A stretch of DNA of 64,000 bases from Mobula hypostoma (Eukaryota). Position numbers and translations under genes: made by a program. Below the pieces are notes generated by a model. The model was given only the letters and a program-made list of their open reading frames with translations, searched no databases and was not told the origin of the DNA. Positions 1 through 12,780 of the stretch are shown here, one piece after another. The stretch covers positions 8,370,001 to 8,434,000 of the forward strand of contig NC_086120.1 of NCBI RefSeq assembly GCF_963921235.1. The letters run 5' to 3'. Position 1 is the first letter of the stretch; each line of letters starts with the position of its first letter.

Positions 1-408
1 GGGCAGCATCATCGGTTTCCACCGGGTCCGGACAGACCAACACCGGCGTCTCAAAGGCTTCCGACACTCCCACATCTCCCTCCGAAAATTCCAATCTCAC
101 TGACAAGTACCCATCGTACGGGTAATCACCATCACTTATGCCCCAAATCTCCAGTACATTAAACGGAGTTACTGGCAAATGCTTCAGATATTTGTTGTGG
201 AACGACCGGTACAGTAAGGTAACCTGTGATCCGGTGACCAGGATGGCTTTCGCAAAGATTCCCTCTATCCGTAGGGACACGCTGGAACGGGGTCCCACCA
301 GTCCATCCGGAATTTGGAATTGTAGTTTCAGGGGTTCCATAGCTGTTTTCTCGGAACGTGTTCCTCCCGATACTCCAGTCCGTTCCCTCACTGAGCCTCC
401 CCTAAGTT
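1..408 (-). pseudogene. Gypsy pol N-terminus (aspartic protease), catalytic Asp mutated
   Basis: The -1 frame relative to gag reads MEPLKLQFQIPDGLVGPRSSVSLRIEGIFAKAILVTGSQVTLLYRSF and stays open to the window edge. LVTGSQVT corresponds to the LDTGSQVT motif (codon 236-238 is GTC). Confidence 0.85.
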
Positions 409-1700
409 TCCCGACACCTCCCCCTTCTTAGTGGCCCGGGGGCCCTCCCACATCGGAGCATCTCGTCTCTCACAATCCCTCCGTAAGTGATCCGCTTCCC
501 CACAGCTGTAGCACACCCCCGGCCACTCACATTCCCGCCGGAAATGCCCCTCCCTCCCACAGTTATAGCACCCGCTACCCGCCGCCTCTCTCCTCTCAGT
601 ACGCCGCCCCGGGGACCCCTTGGATTTCTCTGATCTCACCCCGGCTACCACCTCCTGAAACGCTGAAGACCGTCCCCGGGGGTCCGAGCCCCCTGGTCGG
701 ACCGAAGCACTCTCCTCCGCCCATACCTGTCTAATCAGCTGCCCGAATGCTGGAGGGGGGCTCCTCTTATATGACTGCCGGATACTCCAAGCCACCCTGT
801 CCTCCTCCCGGAAACCTCTAGATATCTGGCTCATCCTCAACTTCGCCACTTCATCCGCCCTCACTACCCCTCGACGCCGCAGCCCCGTAAGCTTCCCTTC
901 TAGCCGGAAAATGTATTCTGAGAGCTTTTCCCCTCTTCTCTGCTCCATCTCTTGAAACTCCGCTAAATGTTGCCAGGGATCTCCTGACAGTCCAAACACT
1001 TCCTCCAAAGCGTCCAAACACTCCAACAGGGAAGCCGAAGGGCGTTCCGCTCTCAAATCGCGTACCACACGGGCCGCCCCGCCCCTTAAACTTTCCACCA
1101 ATCGCTGTCTCTTTTCCTCATCCGAAACTGGCCACACCTCTAAAAACTGGGACGTGTCCTCAACCCAGGTCTCATATTCGTCCTCTCCTTCCGGAGTGGG
1201 CCTGGCTCCCGAGAAAAATCTCAGCTTCGGCGGGGCCCCTCAACCCTTATCACAAGTGAGGTAATGGCAGCCGCTAACTCGGAGGTCTCAGCCCTAACTG
1301 GGGGACGGGGCCTGGCCAAGCCTTCCCACTCCACACCTCCACCCCTGGCTACTGGCACCTCCCCTGGGGCCTCATCTAGCTCCTCCTCCGGCACCTCCTC
1401 ACTTTCGTCCTCCGGTAGGGTGTAGAGACCCCACGGTCCTGCCTCCCCCTGGACGTGGACTGTTGCTGGTAGTTCCAACGTCATGACGTCGGCACCCGTC
1501 CGCACCAACATCCAGCGGGACTCCAGTTCTTTCCCACACCTTCCAGTTACAAGTTCTACCTGCCCGATACCTTTAATCAAACTCAACCCTCGCACTAGTA
1601 CATCTGCCAAAATGCGGAAATCGACCCCACTTAGCACGCATGCATGATTCACCGTTACATCCTCCAATTCACACCAATTTACAATCTTATCTCGATCCAT
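388..1700 (-). pseudogene. PNMA/Ma-like Gypsy gag split by one frameshift near 1240
   Basis: ORF 1221-1700 is the PNMA-like N-terminus. Sequence 1138-1240 reads KLRFFSGARPTPEGEDEYETW in frame with ORF 388-1137, which carries CYNCGREGHFRREC and CYSCGEADHLRRDC. Confidence 0.85.
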
Positions 1701-1755
1701 CTTCGCACCACTTAACGCGGCGACTATACAACTTCACCGAAAATCCAGATCCAGA

Positions 1756-1772
1756 CCGGACGGTAGCCCCCA
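1756..1772 (-). promoter_or_regulatory. Primer-binding site, tRNA-Pro-like
   Basis: TGGGGGCTACCGTCCGG lies 2 nt inside the LTR end; the canonical tRNA-Pro PBS is TGGGGGCTCGTCCGGGAT. Confidence 0.7.
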
Positions 1773-1774
1773 CT

Positions 1775-2308
1775 TGTAACGTTCCGTTATATTGGATCGT
1801 ATATGTCTAGGGGAAATCCCACCCAACACTCAACACTCCCCACAGGGTCGGTTGCCGCCCGAATCAAGCCCAAACATCAATCATCAGCCAGCACACCCAG
1901 TAAATTTTAACAAGTACACTTTATAGATATTACTAATTGTATGACATTACTATAAATTCGATACAGAAAGGAAAGTAATGGAAAAAAAAGGCGCCAACAC
2001 TTATCAAGTCCAAGTTCTTCGCGCGCACCGTTAGAGCTCAATCGAATCCGGACGACCATCCGGATCCTGTCGACTCACGGCTCGGGACCACCCGGAGTGA
2101 TCGACCGGAGCTTCTCCGCACGTCCGCCGTCCTGCTCGTCTCTCCTCCGACTCCCCGCAAATAACTCCGGTCCACAGTCATATGATACAGCATGGTATCC
2201 GAAAACTAAACGATACATGACCACCCATTGGTTAATAGCACCCTGCTATCTTTAATAACCCAAGGAACTGTCTAGTTAGAGACTGTCTCAGCGTTCCTCA
2301 GTATAACA
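1775..2308 (-). repeat. 5' LTR of the Gypsy element (~534 bp)
   Basis: TGTAAC at 1775 and ATAACA ending at 2308, bounded by the PBS on one side and L1 coding sequence on the other. Confidence 0.75.
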
Positions 2309-5040
2309 TAACAAAAGAAGCCATTTTAAACTTAACAAAAAAGCAAGACCCCGTACACGAATATATGATTTAAAAGTATCCCATAATGTCCCACTGGAAA
2401 TATCCTCTGTAGAATTCGTTGTGAAGAAAAAATTACTCTGTTCCTTAATAAACCTGACAAAATCCGAGTCTTGAAGCAAAATGGTATTAAATAGTTATTG
2501 CCTAGATTAGTAGATGTATCCCGTGACTTAATAGACAATTTCAACGGCGCACGATCAGAAACAGCAATGGAGTCATATTCGCAACAAGTAACAAGAGGAA
2601 TTAGTCGAGAATCGACCAAAAAAAAGTCCATTCATGAATAGTGATGATGTACATGTGAAATAAAAGAGAACTCTTTCTCATTTGGATGCAAGAATCTCCA
2701 AATTTCTGAGATTCCAGAGTCGGTCATAAAAGAGTTAATAAGGGTAGCCAATTTATTCGGAAGTACTTAATTGGAAATGGATCTATCGATCAAAGGATTT
2801 AAACAACAATTAAAATCTCCAACCATAATCAACATATAGTCATTTAAATTAGGAAGAAGACATAAGGAGATTTTTTACAAAATCGTGACAGTCAACATTT
2901 GGGGCATAAATGTTAAACATAACAACTTTTTTGTGAAATAACAAACCAGTAATTAACAAATATCTACCATTCTGGTCTGAAATCGTCTCACGGTGCAGAA
3001 ATGAAATTGACGAATCTATAAAAATAGAAACACCTTTAACTTTGGCCTGTGAATTCGAACGGCTCTGTCAGTCTTTCAGAATCTAAAAATACGCTGATGA
3101 TCCTCTTTCCGGACAGGAATTTCCTGTACAAAGATCATGTGAGCATTCACTCTATGGAATACTTAAAAAAAATTCTGCCGTTTAATCGGGTGGTTTAAAC
3201 CGTTTGCATTCCAAGAAACCAAATTAATAATCTTATCCATCGTAATGAGTTCGTGCATATAGTATGTAAAGGGTTAACCAGAGTACAAACTCATGACCCC
3301 GGAAGAGGTAAAATGTCCAATGCGGAATCGGAAGTTACGACATTTCAGACATTTTGGTAGTTTCAAGTCAGCCTGTTTGAAAAGCAAAAATAAGTTAAAA
3401 GTAAGAACAAGAACACCATTCCGCTTCCGCAAAAACCCGGAAGAAGCCGAAAAGTGGCCAGTGGTAAATCTAAAGCTAACTATAAACCCATCTTTCCAGA
3501 AGGAAACCCAAAAGAATTAGTTTATCATAAGAAATACCACCCATATTCGATGAAGTAAAAAGAAGTTACTATAACAGTAGGAAAATGCTTACAAGCATAG
3601 AATAGTTACTTCGTAGTTATATTTCAATAAAAATATCAAGTGCCAGATCATATTATTAAATTTTCGTATATAAATGATCGGTAGTGACATTAAAGAAGAC
3701 AGAATTCTGGGAAGAAGAAGAAGAAAACAATCCACCGTCTTAAAATTCTAATACTCCAGTAATATTTCAGAAAAAAAAGAACGCAAGCATTAAAATCGTA
3801 ACCAAATAACTTCCAAAAAGAAAAGAAACATATTGAGAGTAAAATATATAAGATCACTAACAGAAAAGTATAACATCATTTAACAGTATAGAGCATACCT
3901 ACACTACAAGATCAAGGCAGAAGCCCGAAGTATGAGGTTCTACTTTTACAAACAAACATTAACTTTTTTTTCCTTTAAAAAGAAAGGGAACGTAAAAACA
4001 AATCAAAGGCGAAGAAGAAATAAAAACGATACATTAAATAATCCTCCGCAGAGGGAGACAGGTTGTCAAGGAAATTTTGAGCTTCCATCCGGGTTTTAAA
4101 CCAGCTCCGCGAATTGTCCGGCAGAACAACTCTCAAACAGGCTGGAAACAGTAACGCTATTTTATAGCCCTGACGATAAAATTCTGACAACTGTGGTTTA
4201 AAAACCATCTGTTTTTTCAATACATCCTGGCTGTAGTCTTCGACAATCCGAAACTTAACATCTTGAAACTCAATCATGCCTTTCTGCCGAGCAGCTCGAA
4301 TCACTCGCTCCTTATCACGGACACAATGAAACGAACGATGTTTGGTCTCGGTCTGGCCGGTTTCTCCTGTTTAAAGCGAAAAGTACGGTGTGCGCGATCT
4401 AACAGTGGGGGCTCCTCCAATATATCTGAAACGAACACATCCTTTAACATTTTGGGAAAAAAAACTTGGTAGGATATTCAACATCTCAACATCTTCAGGA
4501 AAACCGATTATTCGCAAATTCTGTCGTCGAGAACGATTTTCAAGATCAATAGTCTTAGCTTGATAACGTTCCAGCTGTTGAGTTACTGAAGATAAACTTT
4601 TTTCAAGAGCTTCAATTTTTCGATCCCGTTTGCGGCCATCTTCATCTTGTTCCGAGATTCTAGCTTGTTGTTGATCGATTTCATGCCGGAATTATTTCGA
4701 ATCATCCTGCATCATCTTCAACACTCCTTCAGTTGCGGCGAGTCTTTGATTAACTGTATCTTCTAGAAGTTTCTTCATTAGTTCCATAGTAATCGGAGCT
4801 TCCTTCGCTGTTCCAGGATCACCATCATTTTTTTTCCGTTCCCGCCGGGACCCTTTCCGTTTTTAACTTCTCGTCCTCTGGTGTGCATTTTCAGTTAGTA
4901 AAAGTCGAAGTTCGATAATATATTTGCAGTATAATTCGTTTAGTGTAGGTATAAGTAAAGTAAATAAGAGTTGTTGCATGTAAAAAAAAAGCAAAGGGTA
5001 TGGAGCAACGCCAAAGTACAGCTCACTCTGGAAAGTCTCA
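2309..5040 (-). mobile_element. L1-clade LINE, 5' portion (5'UTR, ORF1, long spacer, ORF2 endonuclease), degenerate
   Basis: ORF1 ~4888-3975 contains LENRSRRQNLRIIGFPE and the RIVEDYS..LLFPACLRV C-terminus, with a frameshift near 4335. ORF2 starts at 3240 (MDKIINLVSWNANGLNHPIKR) and has NIYAPN, MVGDFN and DFFLVD..SDRAPL endonuclease motifs. Confidence 0.85.
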
Positions 5041-5939
5041 GTACCCTTTGCTAACTTCTCCCTATGTCTGTTGGTCAATATACTGCACATCAAAGCCTAC
5101 AGCAATGAGAGACCTCACAGTAATCTGTAAAATTCAGAAATACAGTTTTATTTTTTTTAATATTAATAGGAAGTGTATGTAACTCAATCTTGCGTATTTT
5201 AACGGCTTGTTTTTTGTTGCCTTTTGTGGTAGAAAATCCGTGTAGAAATTGTCCAGAATTGGGTTCAAAAGTACATTCCATGAATCATGTGTTCCTGTGG
5301 TTTCAGCCACTCCAGAAATTAGTGAAAATTTCCCAGTATTATTCACATTTTACAGATTACTGTGAAGTCTTTCATTGGTCTATGCTCTGATGTATATGAA
5401 GCAAATCCAATCCCACCAAATAGTAGTTCTGAAAATAAGACGTGTACAGGATGTACCTGGATATTTACTTCATTTGTGCATCACTGGAGCCTCACCACTA
5501 CAGGTTGTCAGTGTACTGAATCGTGAGTTTCCCATGCTCGGTCCACAGCAGGTAGTTCGTGATCATATTTGGAGGTCGGCATCCTGGGTTTCAGGGTGGA
5601 TACAATACTTTTGATTTCCTGTTCACCAAAAACAAGATAAATCCAATCCGTCTCGTAACTGTCCATTCAATCTACTCTCACTATTCAGCAAAAATGGAAG
5701 GGGACATGGGCAATTGTATCAAGTGGCACTTACACACCAATAATCTGATCATCGAGAATTGTAAAGGAATGAGCTAGATTTGCTGGTTCAGAGCTTTTAC
5801 CAGCAACAACCTCATAGTCAGTATCAGCAAGATCAAGGAACTAGTTTGGACTCAGAAAGAGGAAATCGGGAGAACCTGCACCAGTACTTAGTGATGTGTC
5901 AGCAGTTGAAAGTGTGAACAGCTTTAAATTCCGAGATGC

Positions 5940-6345
5940 CAACCCCTTAAAGGATCTGTCCTGGCCCAAAACATTGATGCAGTCATGAGAAAAGGTATGC
6001 AAAGGCTCTACTTCATTTGATATTGAGGAGATCTGGTATGTCTCAAACGACTTATGCAAGCTTCTATAGACATAACTACAGAGCATTCTATTTAGCTGCA
6101 TCACAATCTGGTATGGATCCTGCAGTGGTTCAAATGAGGCTACAGAGCACTCTAGATATTCCCTCGTCTTTTTAGTAGCATTAGAGAGGAGGTACAGTGT
6201 GAACACTCAATGGTTTAAGAAGAGATTCTTCCCTCCATCATCAATTTTCTAAATGGTCCATGTATCCACTGTTCGTTACTTTTGTAATTTCTAGTTAATT
6301 TATATTTTTGCACTGTACAGAAGCTGCAATGCAACACATTTCAAG
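5940..6345 (+). mobile_element. L2-like LINE 3' fragment, old
   Basis: Degenerate C-terminal coding resembling KKAQQRLYF and RLRNSFFP motifs, followed by an L2-type tail. Confidence 0.5.
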
Positions 6346-6409
6346 TTGTATAAAATGGCAATGGGAAAACTGTTGTTGACTCTGATTCTCGGAGAGTATA
6401 GAAGATACC

Positions 6410-9400
6410 AAGATAGTATAGTCAGGGGAATAGACAGAGTTCTCTGTCATAAAGATAGAGTGTTCCGAAGGCTGTATTGTGTACCTGGTCTCGCGTTTGG
6501 GACATCTTATCTGACTTGCAGCGGAATTTTCATGGGAGAGAAAAGATCCAGTTGTCATGGTCCATGTGTGTACGAATGACATAGGTAGAATGAGGAAAGA
6601 GGTTCTGCTAAGGGAATATCAGCAGATCGGGACTAAATTAAAGAGCAGAACCAAAAATGTGGTAATCTGTTGATTACTACCTGTGACACGTGCAGATTGG
6701 CATAGGGTCAAGAAGATTAGAGTTAAATGCATGGATTAAGGATTGGAGTATGAGAATTGGGTTTGAGTTCATGGGAAATTGACACCAGTGTTGGGGAACG
6801 AGGGAGCTCTATCAATGAGAGGAGCTCCACTTGAACTGTGATGGGACCTGGATCATAGAAAATCGTATTACTTGGGCTGTGTACAGGGCTTTAAATGAAA
6901 TAGAAGTGGGCTGGGTTCAACAGATTGGAGAATTATGGAGAAAGTAAAAAAAAAGTGAAGCGTGAATAAAGAAAAAAAAACAAAAGATAAAAGAGAGAAA
7001 AGTAAGAGTGGAGTGAAGAAAAGTCAAGTGCAAAGGAGTAAAAGATTACAAGATTTTAAATGCACAATGGATTTGAGGGCACTTTATTTGTATGCCTGTA
7101 GTATTCGAATCAAGATCAATGAACTTGCGGTTCAAATCAGTACAAAGAGGTATGATTTAGCGGCCATTAGAGAGATGTAGTTACAGTCTGGAGAAGATTG
7201 GGAACTAAATATCCAAGGATATCAGGTAATATGGAAGGATAGGCAGGAAGGTAAGGGAGGTGGAGTAGCACTCTTAATTAAAGATGAGATCAGGGTGATA
7301 GTGAGAGACAATATAAGATCTAAGGAGCAGAATGTTGAATCCATCAGGGTAGAGGTTAGGAATAATAATGGGGGAGTAAACATTGGTGGAAGTTGTCTAT
7401 CACCTCCAAAAAATAACATTAGAGTGGCACAGGCAATAAACTGAGAAATATCTGAGGCATGTGAAAAAGGAATAGCAGTTATCATGAGGGCCTTTAACTT
7501 GCACATAGATTGGGTGAATCGAGTTGGTCGAGGCAGTCTTGAAGAAGACTTCACAGAATGCATCTGTGATGGCTTTCTTGAACAGCATGTTACGAAACAT
7601 ACAACAGAACGTGCTATCTTATATCTGCTCCTGTGCAATGAGACAGGTTAAATTAGTGATCTTAAAGTTAGGGATTCTCTAGGAAAGACTGATCACAGTA
7701 TGATTGAAATTGTCATAAAAATGCCGGGTGCAATATTCCAATTTAAAAGCTTAATATTATGCCTAAATCATGGCAACTACAATGGGGTGAGGGAAGATTT
7801 GGCTTGTGTAGACTGGGAACACAGGCTATATGGTGGGACAGTTGAGGAACAGTGGAAAACTTTCAAAGAGATTTTTCAAGGTGCTCCACAAAAGTATATA
7901 CCAATTCAAAGCAATGACAGTAAGTGTCGGGAGAGCCTCCTTGGATAACTCAGGAAATAAAATGTTCATGTATATAAAGTCACCAGCAGTGGGAAGCAGG
8001 AAGATTGGGGAACCTTTATAAAACAACAAAGTACCACTAAGCGAGCAATAAAGAAAGGGAAGCTAGATATGAAAATAAATGAACACAAAAATAAAAACAG
8101 ATAGTAAAAGTTTTTATAATTATATAAAGGAGAACGGGGTGGCTAAAGTAAATGTAGGTCCCTTGGTTGGCATTGATATTGGGTAGTGGGGAAATGGCCT
8201 ATATCAAAGAAGAAATAGTGAGGCATTTGGAAAGAAACGGATCCATCAGGCAGACGCAGCATGGATTCAGCAAAGGCATGTCCTGTTTAACAAACTTACT
8301 GGAGTTCTCTGAGGATATAATGAGCGCAGTGGATAGAGGGGAACAAATTGACGTTATTCATTTAGATTTCGAGAAGGCGATCGATAAGGTGCCACATAAA
8401 ATAAGATAGTGATGCATAGAGTTGGGGGTGATGTATTAGCATGGATAGAGGATTGGTTAACTAAGAGAAAACAGAGTTGAGATACATGGGTGTTACTCTG
8501 ATTGGCAATAAGCTTTGAGCAGTGTGCTGCAGGGTTCAGTGCTGGGCCCGCAACAATTCATGATACACTTTATTGACCTGGAAGGGGTGGCTGAATGTCA
8601 TGCTTCTATGTCTGATAATGGTATCAAATTGAGTGGAAAAGCAAATTGTGCAGAAGATATGGAGAGTATACAGAGAGATATAGAAAGGTTAAGTGTGTGG
8701 GCAAGTGTCTGGCAGATGGAGTATAACGTTGGTAAATGTGAGGTCATCCACTTTGGAAGGAAAAATGAAAGTGTAGATTATTATTTAAATGGTAAAAGGA
8801 AGCATGCTGCTATGCAGAGGGACTTGGGAGTGCTTGTGCACGAATCACAAGTTGTTGGTTTGCAGGTGCAGCAGGCGAATGGAATGTTGGTCTTTATTGC
8901 TAGAGGGATTGAATTTAAGAGCAGAGAGATTATTCTGCAACTCTACAGGGTACTGGTGAGGCCTTATTCAAGCAAGGAGACCAGAACTGCATGCAGAGCT
9001 GAAGGGGTTAGACAATGAGGAGAAATTGAGTTGCCTGGTATTGTACTCGTTGGAACTCAGAAGATTGAGAGGAGATCTCATCAAAACATATAAAATCATG
9101 AAAGGGATAGACAAGATAGAGACAGGAAAGTTATTGCCACTGGTAGGTGAGAGTAGACATAGGGGACATCGACTCGGGATTCGGGGGGAGTATATTTAGG
9201 ACGGAGATAAGGAGGAACTGCTTTTCCCAGAGAGTGGTGAATCTGTGGAATTCTCTTCCCAGTGAAACCATGAAGGTTACATCAGTAAATATATTTAAGA
9301 CAAGGTTGGATATAATTCTACATCTATGAAAAATTAAGGGTTATGTGGAAAAGGCAGGTCAATGGAGAAGAGTCCATGGCCAGATCAGCTATGAACTTAT

Positions 9401-9466
9401 TGAACGGTTGAACAGGCTCGATGGGCCAGATGGGCTACTTCTGCTCCTATTTCTTATGCTCTTATG
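6410..9466 (+). mobile_element. CR1 LINE, degenerate (SGNH-esterase ORF1 end, endonuclease, RT, tail)
   Basis: Motifs DSIVRGIDRVLC and HV.TNDIG, YDLAAIRE, HGFSKGMSCLTNLLEF, QGSVLGP and WQMEYNVGKCEVIHFG; tandem CTTATG tail. Confidence 0.9.
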
Positions 9467-9498
9467 TAAGAGAGCAAAGAATGGCCATTAATCAACAT

Positions 9499-11377
9499 TG
9501 TCATAAGGCGTGAGAGGCTGGGAGCGGACTCAAGTGCAAGGCACAGACACTGAACTACTAGGAACAGGACTAGGATACAGGCTGAGGTCAAGGACATGGA
9601 CACGAAAACCAGGAACCTGGAACAGGACTGGACAAGAGAGCAAGGAGCCCGGGCTAGGGCTCAGAGCCAGAGACTGGACAAGGACTCAGTAACTGGGTCT
9701 TGCCTCTGGCTCAGGCCCAGAACTAGGCAAGGACAAGGCTTGGCTGGCAGGCAGGACGAGGCTGGACTCTTCAGGCCCGGGGCTAGGCAGGAGGCTGGAC
9801 TCTTCAGGCCCGGGGCTAGGCAGGAGGCTGGACTCTTCAGGCCCGGGGCTAGGCAGGAGGCTGGACTCTTCAGGCCCGGGGCTAGGCAGGAGGCTGGACT
9901 CTTCAGGCCCGGGGCTAGGCAGGAGGCTGGACTCTTCAGGCCCGGGGCTAGGCAGGAGGCTGGATCTTCAGGCCCGGGGCTAGGCAGGAGGCTGGACTCT
10001 TCAGGCCCGGGGCTAGGCAGGAGGCTGGACTCTTCAGGCCCGGGGCTAGGCAGGAGGCTGGACTCTTCAGGCCCAGGGCTAGGCAGGAGGCTGGACTCTT
10101 CAGGCCCGGGGCTAGGCAGGAGGCTGGACTCTTCAGGCCCGGGGCTAGGCAGGAGGCTGGACTCTTGAGGCCCGGGGCTAGGCAGGAGGCTGGACTCTTC
10201 AGGCCCGGGGCTAGGCAGGAGGCTGGACTCTTCAGGCCCGGGGCTAGGCAGGAGGCTGGACTCTTCAGGCCCGGGGCTAGGCAGGAGGCTGGACTCTTCA
10301 GGCCCGGGGCTAGGCAGGAGGCTGGACTCTTCAGGCCCGGGGCTAGGCAGGAGGCTGGACTCTTCAGGCCCGGGGCTAGGCAGGAGGCTGGACTCTTTAG
10401 GCCCGGGGCTAGGCAGGAGGCTGGACTCTTCAGGCCCGGGGCTAGGCAGGAGGGTGGACTCTTCAGGCCCGGGGCTAAGCAGGAGGCTGGAGTCTTCAGG
10501 CCCGGGGCTAGGCAGGAGGCTGGAGTCTTCAGGCCCGAGGCTAGGCAGGAGGCTGGAGTCTTCAGGCTTGAGGCTAGGCAGGAGGCTGAACTCTTCAGGC
10601 CCGGGGCTAGGCAGGAGGGTGGACTCTTCAGGCCCGGGGCTAGGCAGGAGGGTGGACTCTTCAGGCCCGGTGCTAGGCAGGAGGGTGGACTCTTCAGGCC
10701 CGGGGCTAGGCAGGAGGGTGGACTCTTCAGGCCCGGGGCTAGGCAGGAGGCTGGAGTCTTCAGGCCTGAGGCTAGGCAGGAGGCTGGAGTCTTCAGGCTT
10801 GAGGCTAGGCAGGAGGCTGGAGTCTTCAGGCTTGAGGCTAGGCAGGAGGCTGGAGTCTTCAGGCTTGAGCCTAGGCAAGCTCCTCCTGTGCAGGGTGCGG
10901 TACTCCACCCGACGGAGGCATGGGACAGGAAGGGACAGAACCAACCGCAGGTAACGGCAAGACAGACTGGCTTAGCCGATGGAGGCAAGAGACAGGAAGG
11001 AAGCTAGGTACAGTGTGGCTCCAGGACAAGACTGTAGGTGAGAAAAGGCGAGAGTTACCAGCAAGACAAGGCAAGTCTTCAGGCAATTCAAGGCGAGACG
11101 AGAACTTCAAGTGAGGCAAGAGTTTCCAGCAAGACAAGGCAGGGCTACAGCCCAGGAAACAGAAGGCAGGAGAAGGGATACAAGGAATAAGGACAAGAAC
11201 AATCCAGCAGTCACACCCTGCTCTCTGAAGGTAGTTATGCAGCCAGCCCCAACGAGCATCAGCTGGCTCAATTGGAGTCCAACAAGCCAGAAACAGGGTA
11301 GTCAGGAAAACCTGGAACTAGGGGTGATGGACTGGACCATGATCCGGAATACGGACTTCACGGACCAGACCATGACA
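9499..11377. mobile_element. Putative solo Gypsy-type LTR (~1.88 kb) carrying a minisatellite
   Basis: Termini TGTCAT...ATGACA are perfect 6-bp inverted ends. Flanks AACAT and AACAC look like a 5-bp TSD with one mismatch. No retroelement protein motifs inside. Confidence 0.6.
9750..10878. repeat. 33-bp GC-rich tandem array, ~34 copies
   Basis: Unit CAGGAGGCTGGACTCTTCAGGCCCGGGGCTAGG; it produces 11-aa periodic ORFs on both strands. Confidence 0.97.
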
Positions 11378-11519
11378 AACACTAGATGAAGGAGACTATA
11401 CTGGTATGCTATTTTACCAGTGTGAACTCTAACCAGGGAAAACATCGATCCGTAAGTGAGTAAAATGGGAATCTCTGCACAGAGCCAGGTTTAGGTCTGA
11501 AATGGATACAACTCAGCTT

Positions 11520-12780
11520 TTATCTGTGAGGAGAAATACATGGCAAACGGAGCGTTCAGGGAAAGGAAGGGTGATATTATGGATCATCTTAGTATTTAGA
11601 AGGAGGAGGTATGAGAACTCTTGAAGAAAGAAGTGGGTGTGTAAGTATCCAGGGCCTAATGGGATGTATCCTCAGCTATTATGAGAGGCAGAAGAGGAGA
11701 TTTCTAGGTCCTTGATGGAGATCTTTCAATTTTGTTCACTGCAGGTGAAATACCAGATGACTGACAGATAGCAAAGATGGTTCTATTGTTCAAGAAGCAC
11801 AGGGGGGATTTGCCAGATAACTGCAGGCCAGAAAGTGTTAAATCAGTGGAGGAGAAGTTATAGCAACAAATTCTAATGTCAGTATATTTTTAAGTCTGAA
11901 TAAATGGCGGTGCAGGCTCGAAGGGCCGAATGGCCTACTCCTGCACCTATTTTCTATGTTTCTATGTTTCTATAACTATTTTTGGGAAATCCTGTCTCAT
12001 TAATTGAATAAATTTTGAGAGGTAGCAAAGAGTATTTTGATTATAGCAGTGTGGTAGATGTGAGCCATCAGTGTTTTGCAAGATTATGAGGAACGCAGAA
12101 AAAATTGATATGAGTAATATCTTTCCAGCAGAGGAAGAGTCTAAAACAATAGCGTGAGGACATTTAGAGGAATCGGAGGGGATGTTTTACAATCAGAGAA
12201 TGATAGGAGCAGCTGACTGAGAATGGGAGGAAGTACTTTCATAACATTTAAGAGGCTTTGAGACAAACTCTTGAATAATTATAGGAAAGATGTCAATAAA
12301 ATTGAGAGAGTACAGAGGAGGTTTACGAAAATGTTGCCTGGTTTTCATCTCCTGAGTTACAGAGAAAGGTTGAACAAGTTAGGTCTTTATTCTTTGGAGC
12401 GTAGAAGGTTGAGAGGGGACTTGATAGAGGTATTTAAAATTATGAGGGGGATTGATAGTGTTGATGTGGATAGGCTTTTTCCATTGAGAGTGGGGGAGAT
12501 TCAAACAAGAGGACATGAGTTGAGAGTTAAAGGGAAAAAGTTTAGGGCTAACATGAGGGGGAACTTCTTTACTCAGAGAGTGGTGGCTGTGTGGAATGAG
12601 CTTCCAGCAGAAATGGTTGAGGCAGGTTCGATGTTGTTGTTTACAGTTAAATTGGATAGATATATGGACAGGAAGGGAATGGAGGGTTATGGACCGAGTG
12701 CAGGTTGGTGGGACCAGCTGAGAGTAGGAGCTCGGCATGGACGAGAAGGGCCGAGATGGCCTGTTTCCATGCTGTAATTG
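11520..12780 (+). mobile_element. Stacked CR1 fragments (old RT piece, a 3' tail at ~11903-11971, younger RT C-terminus at 12265-12780)
   Basis: KIERVQRRFTKMLPG..GNFFTQRVVAVWNELP; (TTTCTATG)n tail. Confidence 0.8.

Larger units (their letters stand above)
1..2308 (-). mobile_element. Ty3/Gypsy LTR retrotransposon, 5' part (5' LTR, PBS, PNMA-type gag, start of pol); continues off the left edge
   Basis: On the minus strand, LTR (2308-1775, ends GTTACA), then PBS, gag with two CCHC knuckles, then protease. It sits directly against a truncated L1 ORF2. Confidence 0.9.

Noticed and set aside
9750-10878. Switch-region-like G-rich array with RGYW motifs near an Ig gene
   Set aside because: It lies within an LTR-like element 31 kb from a light-chain gene, and light chains do not class-switch. 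It is not a CRISPR array either, because there are no spacers.
9596-11007. Long repetitive ORFs (190-427 aa) on both strands
   Set aside because: They result from a 33-bp unit that lacks stops in several frames. The frame shifts at a 1-nt deletion near 9964 without consequence, and there are no splice or domain features.
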